Shown one piece after another: positions 31,247-40,623 of a DNA stretch of 64,000 nt. A program made the position numbers and the translations under genes. The stretch spans positions 1 to 64,000 of IMG/VR virus record IMGVR_UViG_3300037189_026208; one strand, written 5' to 3'. Source of the DNA: an uncultured virus (IMG/VR IMGVR_UViG_3300037189_026208). Taxonomy: Duplodnaviria; Heunggongvirae; Uroviricota; Caudoviricetes. Position 1 is the stretch's first letter. The number at the start of each line of letters is the position of its first letter. A model generated the notes under the pieces. It had not been told where the DNA came from. It saw only the letters and a list, made by a program, of their open reading frames with translations, and made no database searches.

Positions 31247-32695
31247 TCAACTCTCCAGTAGCTCTTTTACAGTAAAATCTATACTTTCATTTGTGTATAG
31301 TTCTATTCTTTCCTGTAAATGAGAATTACCGTAACGTAGATTATCTCCTATATCAAAAATTGTAGCACGTTTTTTATTAGCGTGTAGACGAAGACTTCTA
31401 CCTATGGATTGAATAATTTTTATCCTAGCTTTTCCAATAGCTGCAAACACAACATAGTGTAAGTTTTTAATATTAATACCGGTACTAAAAATTTTAGATA
31501 TAGCAATACATACGATATTGTCGCTTGTCTCCATAAGTTCGCGTATTTTTTCTCTTTCATCTACCTCTACACCTCCATGTACAAAATAAACCATTTTATT
31601 AGTATTATTATAAAGTACGTTGTGTAGTTCTTCACCATGTGCGATACGATCAACCATAATGAGAATATTGTTTGATACACCATTAACGAGTTTAGTTATT
31701 ACCTCATTACGAAATTTATTAGTTTGTAAAAATTGTATTTCTTCCTCATACCCTGCGGTAGGGTTAGACATAGACGGTGTTGTGAATGCAGGTAGATTTC
31801 TATAGTGTAACTTAAGTACAGCAACAGTAACGTCGGTTATATATTTTTGTTCTCTTAAATCTATCGACTTCTTTGTGTATATAATCTTACCTATCTTACC
31901 AAAAATATTCCATTGGTCCATTTTATTGTCGGGTAATGTACCTGTTAAACCGTAGCGAAACTTAGCAGGTATCTTGTCGATAACTTTATTTACTTTATTA
32001 CCATGTTTAATCTTATGTACCTCATCAACAATAAGAAGGTCTATATCTTTAAGAGCTGATAAATCTTGTTTTTCAGATTGTAATATCTGAGCATTTGAAA
32101 TAATAATTGAAGCGTTTGGATCTGGTTCATTACTACCTGTCCATTTTGTTACACTACTTTCTGGTATTCCGTACTCAATAAAATCACTAGATGTCTGAGT
32201 AGCTAACTGTAGATCAGGTACTAAAATTAATGTTTTACATTTATTAACTTGCTCCTGTATTGTACTAACAAGAGTAGCCATAACAAGAGTTTTACCTGCT
32301 GACGTAGGTAGAATTATAACACCACCTCTATTTTTTATAGCTGCTTTAATAGTTTCTTCCTGATAATCTCTTAATGGTAGATTAAGTTTTGCAATTTTAT
32401 CCTCAAATAAAAAAGGCGGTTCGTACGCTTTCTTAAAAGCGTCACTTATTGTGATATCAAATTTAATTTCTAAACTTTGTAGATATTCAATTATTGTTGG
32501 TGCTAATCTAATCTCAAATCTACCTTGAGGTGTAATTACGTATTGTCTTGTTGAGGGACGATAACCTACTGCAAAACGTCTCTTAAAAGCTTGGTTTTTA
32601 TCTTCAACAGAAAAATATTCTCTTATGTTAGGTAGATAATCAGTTGTAATTACACCCTTCTTTCTACCAAAATCATAATCAAATAAAACCTTCAT
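31247..32695 (-). CDS. uvsW: SF2 DNA helicase
   Basis: LRDYQ, PTSAGKT, DEVH, GLTGT, FSTGINIKNL, QSIGRSLR. Confidence 0.95.
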   Translation of the reverse strand: MKVLFDYDFGRKKGVITTDYLPNIREYFSVEDKNQAFKRRFAVGYRPSTRQYVITPQGRFEIRLAPTIIEYLQSLEIKFDITISDAFKKAYEPPFLFEDKIAKLNLPLRDYQEETIKAAIKNRGGVIILPTSAGKTLVMATLVSTIQEQVNKCKTLILVPDLQLATQTSSDFIEYGIPESSVTKWTGSNEPDPNASIIISNAQILQSEKQDLSALKDIDLLIVDEVHKIKHGNKVNKVIDKIPAKFRYGLTGTLPDNKMDQWNIFGKIGKIIYTKKSIDLREQKYITDVTVAVLKLHYRNLPAFTTPSMSNPTAGYEEEIQFLQTNKFRNEVITKLVNGVSNNILIMVDRIAHGEELHNVLYNNTNKMVYFVHGGVEVDEREKIRELMETSDNIVCIAISKIFSTGINIKNLHYVVFAAIGKARIKIIQSIGRSLRLHANKKRATIFDIGDNLRYGNSHLQERIELYTNESIDFTVKELLES

Positions 32696-33108
32696 TATGT
32701 TGTTTCAAGCTTAATAATTTCTATTAAGTTTTTTATATCGTAACTAACACTTCTAAAATTTGTTTCAACTTTACCTAGATACTCGACAAGTAATTCATTT
32801 TCTGCTATCTGATGATCTATTTTTGTAATAATTTCGTGATTGCTAGCTGCAATTTCCGCAGTCTTAGCAGTTATACCGACGGGTGATTCAGCTTTCATTT
32901 TTTCGCTAATTTTAGCGAGAGCTTGTTGGCGTAACTTGTTTAGCTTTATAACTTCCTGTTTATGGAACATAAGCCTACCAACCCAGTAATGTCTCGTAGC
33001 AGGTAGGTCTAACTGAACTTGCTTCATATTAAATTCATCAAGAGCGATCGATTTTTTAATCGCTTCCTCGTATGTCTGTAAAAGAGAGATAGTACTTTCC
33101 TGTTCCAT
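32695..33108 (-). CDS. uvsY: Recombination mediator
   Basis: Helical 137-aa protein ending SYDIKNLIEIIK, next to uvsW. Start moved to ATG 33108 because a TATTAT box lies 7 nt upstream. Confidence 0.8.
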   Translation of the reverse strand: MEQESTISLLQTYEEAIKKSIALDEFNMKQVQLDLPATRHYWVGRLMFHKQEVIKLNKLRQQALAKISEKMKAESPVGITAKTAEIAASNHEIITKIDHQIAENELLVEYLGKVETNFRSVSYDIKNLIEIIKLETT

Positions 33109-33144
33109 CTCATTAATAATATGTGCTTTTAACCTTTTTACCAC

Positions 33145-33150
33145 TAAATA
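33145..33150 (+). promoter_or_regulatory. gp55-type late promoter core TAAATA
   Basis: TAAATA 6 nt upstream of ATG 33157; the same geometry recurs at many genes. Confidence 0.65.
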
Positions 33151-33156
33151 TTATAT

Positions 33157-33423
33157 ATGTCTTTGTTTGACAACATTGTTAATTCTATTTTAAAAGAAAG
33201 TGCTAATATATCTGGTGGTATTGGTAGTGCGTTTGGTCCGGGTGTAGGAGCGGAGGGAGCAACACAATTTTCAGCTGATACCTACGCAAGAGGAGATGCA
33301 CGTATAGTTAAACCTTTAAGTAAAGGTGTAATCACTCGTAATGGAGTCGTAAAAACTGTATTTTCAACAGGTAAAAAAAGTAAAAAGAAACATTCCAGGC
33401 GCCGTAAACATAAAAGAAAGTAA
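33157..33423 (+). CDS. Small late protein with a capsid-targeting-like leader
   Basis: MSLFDNIVNSILKE leader, Gly-rich middle, basic tail. Confidence 0.7.
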   Translation: MSLFDNIVNSILKESANISGGIGSAFGPGVGAEGATQFSADTYARGDARIVKPLSKGVITRNGVVKTVFSTGKKSKKKHSRRRKHKRK

Positions 33424-33839
33424 TGGAATACGGACATTGGATTGTAAGAGAAGGTGTTAGTATATCTGAGGGTACTTTTGGGTTTATATATGAAATTACC
33501 AATACTGTTTTAAATAAAAAGTATATAGGTAAGAAGCAGTGTACAAGTCGTATTAAACGTAAACCTCTTAAGGGTAAAACACGTAATAGAATAGAACATA
33601 AGGAATCTGATTGGAAGTTATACACAAGCTCCTCAAATGAACTAAATGAAGATATAGCAAAGTACGGAAAAGATAAGTTTTGTTTTGAAATTATAAAAGA
33701 ATGTAATTCGAAGTGGGAATTAGCATATTATGAAATTAAAGAGCAACTCGATAAACAGGTTCTTTTAAGGGAAGACTACTATAACGGTATAATAAATGTA
33801 AGAATAGGTAGACCTCCTAAAAGTGCTAAGATTAAATAA
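33423..33839 (+). CDS. GIY-YIG family nuclease
   Basis: GFIYEITN....KKYIGKK, conserved E, YYN. Confidence 0.88.
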   Translation: MEYGHWIVREGVSISEGTFGFIYEITNTVLNKKYIGKKQCTSRIKRKPLKGKTRNRIEHKESDWKLYTSSSNELNEDIAKYGKDKFCFEIIKECNSKWELAYYEIKEQLDKQVLLREDYYNGIINVRIGRPPKSAKIK

Positions 33840-33844
33840 AAGAC

Positions 33845-34429
33845 ATGAAGCAGGTTAATAGATGTATGTATTGTCAGAGTACGAGTTACGGTAGAGGTTG
33901 TAACTACGGTCCTCACGGTATACACTTTCATCCTGATGACACCAAGCTTTGTTCATATTGCGGTTCAACCAACTACGGTAATGGCTGCTTAACAAACCCT
34001 TTTGGTAAAGTACATATTCACGGAATAATGTATAATAATATGTTAAAAGAATCACTAGTTAACGGGTTTTATATGCACGAAATGTTTAAAGATCTTAAGG
34101 AATACCGAGCATACAAGTTAGGTATTATTGACGAGAGCGGAAATAAAATTAAAGAACCTATAACGGAAGAGGAGCGTGCTGCTTTCTCCCCTATAACCAA
34201 AAACTTTATTAAAATAAAGCGTTATTTGGGATCTAAGTTAGATCTTATTAACCGTGCAACAATCCTCGAAAAAGAAACAAAATTAAACTATAATAAGGAA
34301 GATCATAAAAAGCTGTTAAAGCATACAGATGAGTTTGAAAATGTTTTTGAACAGTTACATAGAGCAGTAGATGCAGCTCTAGAGGATGGTTTAACCCACG
34401 AGCAAATTGAAAGCTTGTTGCAGAAATAA
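33845..34429 (+). CDS. Hypothetical protein with two Cys/His repeats and a T4-like conserved domain
   Basis: Two CxYC.ST.YG.GC...H.H repeats, then AYKLGIIDESG.KIK.P.T.EE.AA. Confidence 0.75.
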   Translation: MKQVNRCMYCQSTSYGRGCNYGPHGIHFHPDDTKLCSYCGSTNYGNGCLTNPFGKVHIHGIMYNNMLKESLVNGFYMHEMFKDLKEYRAYKLGIIDESGNKIKEPITEEERAAFSPITKNFIKIKRYLGSKLDLINRATILEKETKLNYNKEDHKKLLKHTDEFENVFEQLHRAVDAALEDGLTHEQIESLLQK

Positions 34430-34443
34430 ATTTACATTATAAT

Positions 34444-34947
34444 ATGGGTATGAAAATAAAAGAATACCCTGATAAGAGGATTTGTACTATAGATTTCTAT
34501 CCTCTATTAGAACAAGCTACTAAAGAAGTATTAACGGCTTGTAAGCGTTATAACATACCTCTTAATACTACCGGAAGGGGTTCAACAGATGTGTCCCGCT
34601 TTTTTTATCATTTTTGTTTAGAAAAGTTTCTAGAAGGGTACAAGAGCTGTAATTCAAAGTACCCTAAAGTACTGGTTTTTTACCCTATTACTAATGGTGT
34701 ATTGAAGAATTTTGTTGACAAGGGACTTGATAAGGTCCTTAAGATATTACCCGTGCCTTGGTGTAAGGTAAAGAAGTTTGATTCACCGGATACGTCAACA
34801 GCTGCGCTAGGTGCAATTGAAAAGAATCGTAACGTAGCACAGAACTTAGACAAGTTTGCTAGATCGAATGAACTGTTTTCCTTCCTGAAGAAAAAATATA
34901 AAGTTTTTTTAAATGGTACAGTTGATTTAACTGAAGACCCCCAATAA
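34444..34947 (+). CDS. Hypothetical protein
   Basis: ORF; TATAAT upstream suggests the true start is ATG 34450. Confidence 0.7.
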   Translation: MGMKIKEYPDKRICTIDFYPLLEQATKEVLTACKRYNIPLNTTGRGSTDVSRFFYHFCLEKFLEGYKSCNSKYPKVLVFYPITNGVLKNFVDKGLDKVLKILPVPWCKVKKFDSPDTSTAALGAIEKNRNVAQNLDKFARSNELFSFLKKKYKVFLNGTVDLTEDPQ

Positions 34948-35001
34948 GTGAATTAAAGACCCTTTAAGCCCCCTGAACAATTGTTTTTATGGAACTTTCA
35001 A

Positions 35002-35007
35002 TAAATA
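35002..35007 (+). promoter_or_regulatory. Late promoter core TAAATA
   Basis: ATAAATA, 6 nt before ATG 35014. Confidence 0.65.
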
Positions 35008-35013
35008 TATTAT

Positions 35014-35355
35014 ATGTCTAAATTCGCATCTGCTCTAAAATCTGTTTTTGAAGATATGGCTCTAGGAACACCTGCTCCTCAGGCCGGAAACTCTGCTGCA
35101 ACCGCAAGTGCTCCTACTGCTACTGGTCCTGTTGCTACTTCTAATCCTCCTAATCAAACTTTAACTCCTAGTCCTTCTACTGGAGCACAGCCTAACCCTC
35201 TTAAAGCTGCAGCTGCTGTTACTGGTGCTAAGCCTAATTTACAAGCTAACGATCCTAACCTTTTAGCTTTTGCTAAATCTCAAAATTTAAATCCTCAAGA
35301 TGTTTATAAAGCTTTAACATCTTCTGCTACTACCCATCAGCCTAACGTTCCTTAA
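35014..35355 (+). CDS. Ala/Pro/Thr-rich late protein with a capsid-targeting-like leader
   Basis: MSKFASALKSVFE leader; late promoter. Confidence 0.7.
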   Translation: MSKFASALKSVFEDMALGTPAPQAGNSAATASAPTATGPVATSNPPNQTLTPSPSTGAQPNPLKAAAAVTGAKPNLQANDPNLLAFAKSQNLNPQDVYKALTSSATTHQPNVP

Positions 35356-35723
35356 TGCACGAGGCTGTAATCAATCTGCTTAAGCTTCAGAACCAATTAC
35401 GTATTTGTCATTGGCAAACGGATTCTTTTTCTGAGCACAAAGCTCTTGATAAAGCTTATAACGGCTTAAATGGTGTTATTGATGATCTTGTAGAAGTTTA
35501 TCAAGGTAAGCACGGAAAGCTAAAGTTTAACGATACTATTGATTTAACTTTAGTTAACTATGAAGAGATATCTCTTCAGGATATCCTTCAAGATGTTTAC
35601 GAGTATCTTCAAACAACATTTGTTGATGATATGGATCCAGAAATGGATACCGATCTTTTGAATATAAAAGACGAAGGTTTAGCTGTTATCAATCGTTTAC
35701 GTTATCTTCTTACGCTTAAGTAA
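35355..35723 (+). CDS. Ferritin/Dps-like four-helix protein
   Basis: HWQT.SFSEHKAL...Y......D.LVE.YQG and C-terminal YLLTLK, as in phage Dps-like proteins. Confidence 0.8.
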   Translation: MHEAVINLLKLQNQLRICHWQTDSFSEHKALDKAYNGLNGVIDDLVEVYQGKHGKLKFNDTIDLTLVNYEEISLQDILQDVYEYLQTTFVDDMDPEMDTDLLNIKDEGLAVINRLRYLLTLK

Positions 35724-35733
35724 TAGATAACAT

Positions 35734-36696
35734 ATGCTTTCTGAATCTTTTTTAAGTTTTTATAAAAACGGTTCGTATATTACCGAGGGAGGTAATGTAT
35801 TCGGTACTACTCATCCTATTAAGAAAGAATATATTGATTCTACTTTAAAAGAATTTTATAAACAACTTATCGGTATTTTTCCTGAGGCTGATATTCATTT
35901 TAAAAGTATTCGTACTTTAGGTTCTGTTGGCAAGAAGCCTGAATCTGGAGATATTGATCTTGCTTTATCAGAAGATTCATTTAAAAATATTGATGATTGG
36001 GGTCTGAATAGATCTGAAGTAAAACATCTTTTTGATTCTTTTAAAAAGAAATCTAGAACCGCAACTGATGAACTTCTTCTAAAGAGAGCAGTTATTGTAG
36101 CAATTGCTGAAAAAATAAACGAAAGCGAATGTGATATAGTTACTGATATTAAGGGTTCCTCTGCAGGATCTCTTTTTTGTCAATTTCCACAATTTGATGA
36201 TCAAGGTAACAAACTAGAAACATTTGTTCAAATTGATATTAATGTAGGAAATCTAGATTGGTTATCCTTTGCTTATCATTCTGCTACATATTCTGGTAAT
36301 GTTAAAGGTTTACATCGTACCCAGCTTCTTGTTTCCCTCTTTTCACATAAAGGTTATACATTTTCACACAATTACGGTGTAAAAGATAGAGAAACTCAAG
36401 AAATTGCAGCCTCTACTCCTCAAGAAGCCATCGAACTTTTAAATAAACTATACAATATTGAGTTAACTCCTGATATTGCTGGAGATTACTTCAAATTAAT
36501 GAATTATCTAAAGTATGAACTCTCACCTGAAGATCTTCATGCTGTATACGACACTTACTTACGAATTTTAGATAGTACAAGAGCTGATATACCTGAAGAT
36601 TTACAGGAATATTGGAAAGAACATCAACAACGCTTAGGTCTTAAGGGTAAATTCTTACCTAATGAATCAAACCTAGCAAAATATAAAACAACATAA
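35734..36696 (+). CDS. Pol-beta superfamily nucleotidyltransferase
   Basis: LGSVGKKPESGDIDL (GS..DxD) plus QIDIN third acidic residue; leader ending ITE before GGNVF. Confidence 0.82.
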   Translation: MLSESFLSFYKNGSYITEGGNVFGTTHPIKKEYIDSTLKEFYKQLIGIFPEADIHFKSIRTLGSVGKKPESGDIDLALSEDSFKNIDDWGLNRSEVKHLFDSFKKKSRTATDELLLKRAVIVAIAEKINESECDIVTDIKGSSAGSLFCQFPQFDDQGNKLETFVQIDINVGNLDWLSFAYHSATYSGNVKGLHRTQLLVSLFSHKGYTFSHNYGVKDRETQEIAASTPQEAIELLNKLYNIELTPDIAGDYFKLMNYLKYELSPEDLHAVYDTYLRILDSTRADIPEDLQEYWKEHQQRLGLKGKFLPNESNLAKYKTT

Positions 36697-36697
36697 T

Positions 36698-38113
36698 ATG
36701 TCTGGAGTAGCAGGAGGTAATAGAATCAAAAGACAAGACGTATCTGATACGTTCAATGACTATGTTAGAAGGGTTTTGACAAGAATTCCTTCTTTTGTTA
36801 ATGCTTCCTTATCAGGTAGTGTAAAAGTAGGTGCAAAAGATGATTACGGTGATCTAGACCTTATTGTTTTGTTTAAAGGTAAGGATAAAAAAGTGGTAAA
36901 ACAGCAAATTATTGATGTTGTTCAATCTTTACCAGATGCCGTTATTGTACCTTTCAAAAATCCTCGCTATCAGGGTAGAAAATACTATAATGCTGGGGAA
37001 TTAATATCCGTATTATTCCCTATTACAGGCCGTCCCGGAGAATTTATACAGGTTGATAATAATGTAGCTTTATCAGTTGAAGAGCACACATTTAAAAACA
37101 ATTTTTTAGATTTACCTGCTGAAATTCAAGGACTTCTTATCGGTCTTACAAAAGTAGTAACACTCGAAGAAAAGCCTTCTGAGATTTTTAAAAAATTAGG
37201 TATTACAAATTTACCAAAATTAGCTAGTAATCAAGAATTTGAGTTTAATTTAAGCTCGGTCAATCTTTCTCTTAGAAAAGTTACTCTAGATGGATACAAA
37301 GAGTTATCCAGGGAAGTAGTTTGGAGTTCATCTGATTGGGAAAAAGTAAAATTACTTCTTAGTAAGTTCAATATCAATCTACCTTTTGAAGAGTTACTGA
37401 ATAGTATTGCCAGACGCTTAACAAATCCAAGATCCAAAGCAAGAATTGCAGGAATCTTTAAGAGTATGGTGAGTGTTAAGTCAGGGGAGGTAGGTACCGC
37501 TAAGGGAGCAGGTAAAGAAAAAGCACTTCTTGCTGTAGCTCAAAAGCTTGCTGAATCTGTTGAAGAAAGTCAACAGGTTGTATCAATTTATGCCGGGGGG
37601 TTTAAACCACCTCATAAAGCACATTTTAGAAACGCACAAATTCTTGCAAACAAATCAAACAAATTAATAATTTTCATTGGACCGAAAATACGGGAAGGGT
37701 TAACAATAACACCTGAGCAATCTAAATCTATTTGGGAGGTATACACCAAGTATATTGATGTACCTACCGAGGTAAGTATTAGTAGTATCACACCAATTAG
37801 AGATACATACGAATGGATTGACTTAAATCAGTCAACTGTCAAACAGATCATTACCGGTACAACAAAAGAAGAGATGGGTAAGTTCTCAAGTATAGCTAAA
37901 AACGCTGAAAAATACCCTAAAGTTACCGTAGTTGAGTTACCGGTAATAACATACGGTGAAGATGAAAAATTCTCTGCAGGAGATATTAGAAAATCAGAAG
38001 ATTATATCAAATCCGGTAGCTGGATACCTGCTGAGCTTAGTGAAGAGGATAAGAAAAAAGTTATTAATATAGCTCTACCGAAACAAGCGTTTAGAGAATA
38101 TTTTAAGAAATAA
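36698..38113 (+). CDS. Pol-beta nucleotidyltransferase fused to a HIGH-type cytidylyltransferase-like domain
   Basis: LSGSVK...DYGDLDL and QVDN; C-terminal YAGGFKPPHKAH and FSAGDIR. Confidence 0.82.
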   Translation: MSGVAGGNRIKRQDVSDTFNDYVRRVLTRIPSFVNASLSGSVKVGAKDDYGDLDLIVLFKGKDKKVVKQQIIDVVQSLPDAVIVPFKNPRYQGRKYYNAGELISVLFPITGRPGEFIQVDNNVALSVEEHTFKNNFLDLPAEIQGLLIGLTKVVTLEEKPSEIFKKLGITNLPKLASNQEFEFNLSSVNLSLRKVTLDGYKELSREVVWSSSDWEKVKLLLSKFNINLPFEELLNSIARRLTNPRSKARIAGIFKSMVSVKSGEVGTAKGAGKEKALLAVAQKLAESVEESQQVVSIYAGGFKPPHKAHFRNAQILANKSNKLIIFIGPKIREGLTITPEQSKSIWEVYTKYIDVPTEVSISSITPIRDTYEWIDLNQSTVKQIITGTTKEEMGKFSSIAKNAEKYPKVTVVELPVITYGEDEKFSAGDIRKSEDYIKSGSWIPAELSEEDKKKVINIALPKQAFREYFKK

Positions 38114-38119
38114 CTATAG

Positions 38120-38147
38120 TTGATAAAGAAATACGAGGTTATATAAT
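38120..38147 (+). promoter_or_regulatory. Sigma70-like promoter with a 16-nt spacer, heading the queD-queE operon
   Basis: TTGATA-16 nt-TATAAT, then 8 nt to ATG. Confidence 0.7.
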
Positions 38148-38155
38148 AACCCGTA

Positions 38156-38437
38156 ATGAACACCGCAGAAACGTTTTCTTTTACAAAAGATGAACTAAAT
38201 CTTATTACTGAATCTCTCTTATTTTCATCATCTGTTAATATCTGTGCAGATTGGGATGAAAATTCAATTACTAGTATGCTAGAGCTCGCTAAGAAGATTA
38301 AGAAGCATACAAAAACTGATACTGATCTTAAAAATATTTACTTCTTAGAAGAAGAGAATTACGAAGAAAAGTGGACCGGTGATATTATTAAAAACTTTAA
38401 GGGAAAAATTAGAGTACTGGATTTAAGTAAAGCATAA
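38156..38437 (+). CDS. Hypothetical protein
   Basis: First ORF of the queD operon. Confidence 0.7.
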   Translation: MNTAETFSFTKDELNLITESLLFSSSVNICADWDENSITSMLELAKKIKKHTKTDTDLKNIYFLEEENYEEKWTGDIIKNFKGKIRVLDLSKA

Positions 38438-38438
38438 T

Positions 38439-38957
38439 ATGTCTCAATACACATCTACTAAATTAATCGAGCTAGGCTCTTGTGCTTTTCGTCAATGGCG
38501 TGCTACCCACAGTCATTGCCAATATATTCACGGATATCGCTTAATGGCTAAGTTTTGGTTTGGTTGTGATTCTCTTGATGAGAAGAACTGGGCAGTTGAC
38601 TTTGGAGGTCTTAAGGAGCTTAAGAAGATTCTTAACAATCAGTTTGACCACACCCTTTGTGTTGCTCAGGATGACCCTCTCCTAGAGGAGTTTAAGAAGC
38701 TAGATGATATTGGAGGTGTTCAACTCCGTATTATGGAATCAGTCGGTGTTGAAAAAACAGCCGAATGGTGCTTTAAAACAGCTAATGAGTTTGTAAAAAA
38801 CCTAACACAGAATCGTTGCTGGGTAGAGAGTGTTGAAGTGTTCGAACACGAACAGAATTCTGCTATCTATTCTAAAGAAGATTTAACACTTAAAATAACA
38901 CCTTCAGTAACTTCAACATCAAATACATTTTATGCCTCAGACCGACCAGGAGTCTAA
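38439..38957 (+). CDS. queD: 6-carboxytetrahydropterin synthase
   Basis: HSHCQYIHGY, WAVDFGGLK, FDHT, EKTA, VEVFEHEQNSA. Confidence 0.93.
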   Translation: MSQYTSTKLIELGSCAFRQWRATHSHCQYIHGYRLMAKFWFGCDSLDEKNWAVDFGGLKELKKILNNQFDHTLCVAQDDPLLEEFKKLDDIGGVQLRIMESVGVEKTAEWCFKTANEFVKNLTQNRCWVESVEVFEHEQNSAIYSKEDLTLKITPSVTSTSNTFYASDRPGV

Positions 38958-39147
38958 ACCTCTACTACTTAAACCTTACGCACCTGTAACAGGGGATGTA
39001 TTTACAGAAGGTGAGTTCGGGTTTACTAAACTCGTAGCTTTACTTAGTGTACTTGTATATGCACTCATTTATAATATTATTTGTACACCTTTAGGGTGGA
39101 TTGGTATTGTAATATCTGCAATTGGGTATAAACTGATATCAAAATAA
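38932..39147 (+). CDS. Small membrane protein
   Basis: Two hydrophobic segments; fills the queD-queE gap. Confidence 0.6.
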   Translation: MPQTDQESKPLLLKPYAPVTGDVFTEGEFGFTKLVALLSVLVYALIYNIICTPLGWIGIVISAIGYKLISK

Positions 39148-39148
39148 T

Positions 39149-39979
39149 ATGGAAAATAATACATTAGAAATTTCAGAGCACTTCTACTCCGTACAATGTG
39201 AAGGTATCTCCACAGGTGTACCGGCGTATTTTATTCGTTTGAAAGGTTGTAATCTATCCTGTGGTTTTTCAGGTAAAGCTATTGTAGATCTTAAGCGTAA
39301 TCTTGAAGAAGTTGAAGGTTATGTAGTAGGTGGTAATATAACTGGTGATTTACACAGTGAAGGTAAGGCAACATGGACATGTGATTCAGCACCTGTCTGG
39401 CTCAGAGGTGCTCATACTACATACGAGCAGCTAGTACAATCTTGGGTTGATCAAGGTATCCTAGATTGGATTCTAGATGGTACAATTCATCTTATCTGGA
39501 CAGGAGGTGAACCTACAATACCTAAGCATCAAAAAGCAATTGTCGGTTTCTTGAAGTGGTTTGCTGACAAATATAAAACAGAAAAAGTTTATAGTGAGAT
39601 TGAAACTAACGGTTCAATTGTTATTGAAGATAGTCTTCTTACTTGGCTAGATCAGATTAATTGCTCGGTTAAGCTTCATAATTCAGGCATGGATAAAGAT
39701 AAGCGTATTAATGAACAGGCACTTCGCCGTATTAAGCTTCATCGCAATTATTCATTTAAGTTTGTAATCTCTGACGAGGAAGATTTAGTAGAAATTATTA
39801 GAGATTTTGTAGTACCTTTTGAAATACCTACTAACAGAATCTGTATGATGCCCGGACTAGATAGTCAAGAACATTACCATGAAAGGACACGTTTTGTTTT
39901 AGAGATGGCTAAGAAGTATGGTTTTAGAGGTTTATCACGTTTACATATTAGTGCTTGGGATCAAGCAACAGGTGTATGA
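39149..39979 (+). CDS. queE: 7-carboxy-7-deazaguanine synthase (radical SAM)
   Basis: EHFYSVQCEG, FIRLKGCNLSC..CDS, TGGEP, EIETNG, SVKL, KFV, RLH. Confidence 0.93.
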   Translation: MENNTLEISEHFYSVQCEGISTGVPAYFIRLKGCNLSCGFSGKAIVDLKRNLEEVEGYVVGGNITGDLHSEGKATWTCDSAPVWLRGAHTTYEQLVQSWVDQGILDWILDGTIHLIWTGGEPTIPKHQKAIVGFLKWFADKYKTEKVYSEIETNGSIVIEDSLLTWLDQINCSVKLHNSGMDKDKRINEQALRRIKLHRNYSFKFVISDEEDLVEIIRDFVVPFEIPTNRICMMPGLDSQEHYHERTRFVLEMAKKYGFRGLSRLHISAWDQATGV

Positions 39980-40605
39980 AAATTGCTATAATAGGTACAC
40001 ATTGTAACGGTAAGACAACTCTTATTGAGGAATTTCTAAAGCGCTGGCCAATGTATAAGAAGCCAGCGAAGACGTATAGAGATTTCTTAAATGATAAGAA
40101 AATAAAAATTAATCAAAAAGGCACTAAAGAGAGCCAGAGAGCGATACTTGATGCACTTATTGATGAAGTACAAACGGCTTGCGGATCAGGAGATGAGTTT
40201 CTTATCTTTGATCGTTGTGTATTAGACAATCTTGTTTATTCACTTTGGCTTAATGCAAAAGGTAAAGTTGATGATAACTTTATTATGGATTGTAAGTTTC
40301 TAGTATCTGAAACAATTAAGCTTTTTGATATTATCTTTTACATACCTTTAAGAGAAGAAATTAAATTAGAGAAGAGAAAACATAGAGATATTGACCCTGT
40401 TTATCGAGAGGAAATTGATAATATATTCTCAGCGGTTATTGGTACATATCTTACTGGGTCAGGTATTTTCTTTCCGTTAAGTGATTGCCCGGCTGTTATT
40501 GAAATTGAAGGTCCGCCGGATCTAAGATGCGATCAAATACAGCTCTATATTAAAGATACAGGAAAAACGTATACAGAGGAAGATCCATCGTTAATTTATA
40601 CATAA
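39976..40605 (+). CDS. Second P-loop nucleotide kinase-like protein (AAA_28 type)
   Basis: IIGTHCNGKTT, FDRCVLD, FDIIFY; ATGA overlap with the queE stop places the start at 39976. Confidence 0.85.
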   Translation: MKIAIIGTHCNGKTTLIEEFLKRWPMYKKPAKTYRDFLNDKKIKINQKGTKESQRAILDALIDEVQTACGSGDEFLIFDRCVLDNLVYSLWLNAKGKVDDNFIMDCKFLVSETIKLFDIIFYIPLREEIKLEKRKHRDIDPVYREEIDNIFSAVIGTYLTGSGIFFPLSDCPAVIEIEGPPDLRCDQIQLYIKDTGKTYTEEDPSLIYT

Positions 40606-40623
40606 TCATATTAAATATATGAT

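Noticed and set aside
8035..32695. Inteins or group I introns in the terminase, helicase, polymerase or UvsW genes
   Set aside because: Protein lengths are normal, motifs are contiguous, and no splice-junction or LAGLIDADG signatures were seen.
33423..33839. Mobile homing endonuclease
   Set aside because: It has only the catalytic GIY-YIG domain with no DNA-binding repeats and is coupled within a late operon; there is no evidence of mobility.
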